From positions 1-55,980 of IMG/VR virus record IMGVR_UViG_3300030107_005819: 55,980 nucleotides of DNA; one strand, given 5' to 3'. Under the pieces are notes generated by a model, which saw only the letters and a list, made by a program, of their open reading frames with translations, was not told the origin of the DNA and searched no databases. The position numbers and the translations under genes are program-made. The stretch is from a virus. Its lineage: Duplodnaviria > Caudoviricetes. This document shows, piece after piece, positions 52,515-55,980 of the stretch; within the stretch, counting starts at the first letter, position 1, and each line of letters starts with the position of its first letter.

Positions 52515-52844
52515 TTATGTTAGGGCCAACACTTCTTCGATGGGAAGGGGGATATACACTATATCTCCGTAATTGTAATCCGACTCAAGGGGTTTTTGGT
52601 TGAACCAGGGGATGACCCACCAATTACTCATATTTCCATAATGTGTCAGCGCTAATTTATAAAACCGGTCTCCGGTGGTCCAGACGTGCTTAATTAAAGT
52701 TAAATCTGCTATATCTTCCGAGGTGGGATAGTTGAGTGTTGGGGATTCATATTGTTTAATAAACTTTACATTTCTCTCCCTAAAGTATTCACTATATAAA
52801 TTTTTGTTATTGTTGAATGTTCCGCTTTTGTTTCTAATGCTCAT
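52515..52844 (-). CDS. LysM-like baseplate protein (gp53/tail X-like)
   Basis: HVWTTGDRFYKLALTHYGNMSNWWVIPWFN...GDIVYIP. Confidence 0.8.
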   Translation of the reverse strand: MSIRNKSGTFNNNKNLYSEYFRERNVKFIKQYESPTLNYPTSEDIADLTLIKHVWTTGDRFYKLALTHYGNMSNWWVIPWFNQKPLESDYNYGDIVYIPLPIEEVLALT

Positions 52845-52865
52845 TTGAAATTTCCTCTTCCTATT

Positions 52866-53765
52866 TTATTCGATGATATTCTGACCTAAAAGGGTTTCCC
52901 CTTGACTCCCTATAATGGGAGCCGGCGTATCTTCCAGGCCCGACGCCCCTGCTGAGTCTACGGAGACGGGAGTTCCCAACGGCCCACTATGAGTAGCCAG
53001 CTGTCCTTGTAAGTCGGGCTGTACAGCGGCGGGGATATTTTTATGATCAAACCCGTTATTTGTCCACGAAGGAGAGACTTCGTGAAGGGGATAAAAATTA
53101 AAGCTTAAGGTTATTAGTTTTGGATAAGTAAACCCATTTGGAAGAACATAGAAGCCCGGTGTTGGATCAAACTGATAACTTAAATTATCTATATACCCTT
53201 TCTGTCCCAAAGTCGTGATGGGGTGAGAGTTAACTGAAGCGCCTTCTTCCATCACAGCCTCAGAATCCACTATTAAATTAGCGAACTTTACCCTGAAAAG
53301 GGGGTCTCCTCCCGAAATCACATGCTTCTGGTGAATTGAGCCCGCCTTTCTCGTGGACGTTCTGGGGTATAAAAGTTGTACAAAGCTTTTGACTTCCTGT
53401 AAATTCTGCATGGAGTCCTCTAAGCTGAAGGAGGGGATCTCAAGCCCCACCTGAACAGTTCTCTCTACGCCGGTTACTTTTCTGAGTGGTTCATAGTGTC
53501 CTACAAGTTCTTCGGATTTTAATTTAGTGGTGTAGTTTTCCGAGAAAGAATTTAGAAAAGCTCTGAATTTAACCAAGTTGGTCTGTCCTGGCCCCACTTT
53601 CGAATCAGGAATATGGATCCCCTTCACATAAACATATAGGCCAAACTTGTTAGCGATGCCTGTGGCATAGTCTGTATACCACGATGGTGTCACCTCCCCC
53701 TCGATTGCTGCAGTCGTCTCTCTCACGAGAGAACGAGGACTATATTGTTTTTCGTTGGCCATCAA
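52866..53765 (-). CDS. Tail tube initiator/baseplate-like protein
   Basis: VKFRAFLNSFSENY, RTVQVGLEI, LLYP, PLFRVKF, PKLITLSFNF; lies between tape measure and LysM genes. Confidence 0.6.
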   Translation of the reverse strand: MMANEKQYSPRSLVRETTAAIEGEVTPSWYTDYATGIANKFGLYVYVKGIHIPDSKVGPGQTNLVKFRAFLNSFSENYTTKLKSEELVGHYEPLRKVTGVERTVQVGLEIPSFSLEDSMQNLQEVKSFVQLLYPRTSTRKAGSIHQKHVISGGDPLFRVKFANLIVDSEAVMEEGASVNSHPITTLGQKGYIDNLSYQFDPTPGFYVLPNGFTYPKLITLSFNFYPLHEVSPSWTNNGFDHKNIPAAVQPDLQGQLATHSGPLGTPVSVDSAGASGLEDTPAPIIGSQGETLLGQNIIE

Positions 53766-53826
53766 AGCTATCCTTCATCAGTATACTAATAATTATCGAA
53801 CCATTCAAAAAAACAAGGATTCTATT

Positions 53827-55968
53827 TTAGCTCATGTTAACTGGGGAGAAAGATCCAGGTAAAAGCTCTTTCTTTCCCCACCTGACCAGAACATCGGAGT
53901 CGATCATGGCCACTCGGTCACCATTGCTCGCCACCATTTTGTTCACACCTTGATCAAACGTGGCAATAAGCTTTTCTATATCTTCCTTTTGAGCTAAATT
54001 GGCGGTGGCATTGGAGGTTACAACAGCGGCTCGCTGGCCATGAGTGGCAACTCTACCTGGGCGCTGGACCTTGCTGACGGCGCCGTCTCGAAGCAAAAGT
54101 TCATTTTGGTGTACATTTATAATTTTCGACGGCAGAGTGTCTGTGGGCCTTAAGCCGCCTTGGAAAGAAGGAACTTCTTCTTCTGAATCTCCACCGGGCA
54201 TAAGATAGCCCATTCCCATGGCACCAAGGACGCCCGCACCGAGTCTAAACATCAAGCCCAAGGGTGACATACCAAAGGTGAGGTTCATTATTTTAAGTGC
54301 TGCCGTCAACTTGGTGATAGCAAACACAATTCCTAAAATCTTGGCGACTGCTCCGTCCCCAGCGCCTAAAATTTTCACAAGGAAGCCAATGAAGGAAGCG
54401 AAACCCTTAATCGCCGGCTGGAGATCGATCATCATTTGCTGGAACATCAGTGTCAGTTCCTCCATGACCGGCATTGCCGCCTTGGCCATCTTCTGCATAT
54501 CTTCTTGTCGGGCAGCTTGTTCTTCAAGTTGCTTAGAGTTCATACTCAGGCTACTATTAAAGAAGTTGGCTGCTTCCGCGACCGAACTAAAGCCTCCGGC
54601 AGTCGCCAAGGCTTGTTTCTCGAAACGGCCCATGGAATTAAAATTTTTGCCGCTCAAAGCAAGCGTCTTCTGGAGCATAATCAATCTTTCGCTCTCGGTG
54701 GCATAGACCATCTCGACGGAATTCAGATACCCTCCTCCCAAAATAGCATTTAGTTTGGCTGTTGAGGACGCTGCTTTTTCAAAAGTATCGAAACCCTTAG
54801 CAACGTTAAAGAGGTTTTGCATGCTGATTGAGGTTTCTCTGCTTGCTACCGCCATCCCCTTGAAAACTTCTTCGGCCTTTTCTCCGTGAGCGAGGAGCGT
54901 GGGCATAAGGGCGTTGGCATCAGCCAACACTGTATTCACATTCATATTCATTGCTCGTCCAAACTGAATGATTCGCTCAGTGGCAGCTTGGGAGGCCTCT
55001 GTGCTCATCCCCAGGCTCTTGTTAAAGGATTGAAACACTTTGGTGGCCGCTGACATATCTACTCCGGCTTTGCCCAGCACAGCTGTCCACTTAATCAGGC
55101 TCTTTTGACTCTCTTCGGTTCCGGTCTGAAACGCCGTGATCCCGTCCATCAAAACTACTGAAGCTTCATATGCCTGGGAGAGCCCGAGGCCCATCCTCCT
55201 CAAGCTCTGGGCGGCGGAATCAGTCGTATCCCTCATTTGTGCCGTGGCGCCGGTTTGTTTGGCAAAGGCTGCAGCGAGACTATCCGCTTCGAAGGCTAGT
55301 TTAACCCAGCTTGTAATTTGTTTTTCAAAGGAAAGAGCGAGAAAGCCGGCCATGGCTTCTTTGCTGAAGACCTTCTTGAAAGCTTTGCCCAAGTTATCGC
55401 CACCCTTTGTCATAGCAACAAGGGCACCCGTCATTGTGTCTTTGAACTCTACACCGACATTGAGCATGGCGCCGAGCTTTTTGACTCCGGAGAGAGTGGC
55501 CTCGTTTTGTTCGAGCCTTTCATTTTTTATTCTTTGTGCTAGTTTAAGTTCGTCGATCAGCTGTTGTTTCTCGACTCCCCCAAGCTTAATCAGTTGTTCG
55601 AGAGTGTCAATCCGGTCTTGTTCGGAATCATAGATGGCCTTCTGAGTGTCTAGTGTGATGGTTCCGTCGTCCCTCATTCGTTGAATAAGTTTTTCACGAG
55701 CTATTTCGATCTCAGCTATTTCTCTTTTAAGCTTGGCCTCACTTTTGAGAGCGTCTTGAAGGATCTCTTGATTACGGCCCACTTCCAGCTGTATTTTCGC
55801 CTGATTCTTGGTCCACTCATCGATTTTTTCATTGCTGTCGACAACATTTTGTGCCTTTTCAGCTATTTTTGCCCAGTGGTCAGCAACTTTTTGAAGCTGT
55901 GTTTCTGTGGCCGCTAAAGCTGGGCCGGCTCCCTGTAACGCTTTGATGATCTCATCAATAGTTGCCAT
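53827..55968 (-). CDS. Tail tape measure protein
   Basis: 713-aa Ala/Leu-rich helical ORF with late hydrophobic stretch; heads the baseplate gene series. Confidence 0.8.
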   Translation of the reverse strand: MATIDEIIKALQGAGPALAATETQLQKVADHWAKIAEKAQNVVDSNEKIDEWTKNQAKIQLEVGRNQEILQDALKSEAKLKREIAEIEIAREKLIQRMRDDGTITLDTQKAIYDSEQDRIDTLEQLIKLGGVEKQQLIDELKLAQRIKNERLEQNEATLSGVKKLGAMLNVGVEFKDTMTGALVAMTKGGDNLGKAFKKVFSKEAMAGFLALSFEKQITSWVKLAFEADSLAAAFAKQTGATAQMRDTTDSAAQSLRRMGLGLSQAYEASVVLMDGITAFQTGTEESQKSLIKWTAVLGKAGVDMSAATKVFQSFNKSLGMSTEASQAATERIIQFGRAMNMNVNTVLADANALMPTLLAHGEKAEEVFKGMAVASRETSISMQNLFNVAKGFDTFEKAASSTAKLNAILGGGYLNSVEMVYATESERLIMLQKTLALSGKNFNSMGRFEKQALATAGGFSSVAEAANFFNSSLSMNSKQLEEQAARQEDMQKMAKAAMPVMEELTLMFQQMMIDLQPAIKGFASFIGFLVKILGAGDGAVAKILGIVFAITKLTAALKIMNLTFGMSPLGLMFRLGAGVLGAMGMGYLMPGGDSEEEVPSFQGGLRPTDTLPSKIINVHQNELLLRDGAVSKVQRPGRVATHGQRAAVVTSNATANLAQKEDIEKLIATFDQGVNKMVASNGDRVAMIDSDVLVRWGKKELLPGSFSPVNMS

Positions 55969-55980
55969 TTAAAGACCTCC

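Noticed and set aside
57-55917. All plus-strand ORFs in the track (e.g. 57-650, 26024-26560, 48407-49078, 54218-54706)
   Set aside because: They are antisense shadows of well-supported minus-strand genes and show no recognisable motifs.
1-55980. Alternative genetic code (stop-codon reassignment)
   Set aside because: TAA, TAG and TGA all end genes at expected family C-termini, coding density is high under code 11, and the only tRNA is not a suppressor.

Overview
A 56-kb fragment of a large tailed dsDNA bacteriophage (probably a jumbo myophage), standard genetic code, with essentially every real gene on the minus strand. Reading in transcription order from the right end: tail module (tape measure, tube/baseplate-type genes); replication-recombination block (compact PolA-like protein, divergent tubulin/FtsZ, gp32-like SSB, FKBP PPIase, RecA/UvsX, HNH, 5'-3' exonuclease, tRNA-Ile(UAU), DnaB-like helicase, NrdJ, DnaE, dUTPase, GuaB/GuaC-family enzyme); dispersed chaperone/protease genes (GroEL, GroES, ClpP, ClpX); host-like metabolic genes (Gmk, Nudix, acyl-CoA thioesterase, Tdk, metallophosphoesterase, desaturase-like); and an early accessory region (about 1-8 kb) of small ORFs behind near-identical sigma70 promoters. 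The most unusual signals are: (1) a tandem array of small 'MKVGDLV...LEVISE' beta-barrel paralogs joined by six stereotyped junctions that each overlap by exactly 14 nt; (2) proteins, several of them enzymes, with Glu-terminated N-terminal leaders resembling capsid-targeting peptides, all downstream of a non-sigma70 ACTAWTTA motif; (3) three compact H-type pseudoknot candidates just after stop codons; (4) a tubulin-like gene beside a minimal PolA in a genome that also encodes DnaE. All calls come from motif reading by eye; no searches were run.
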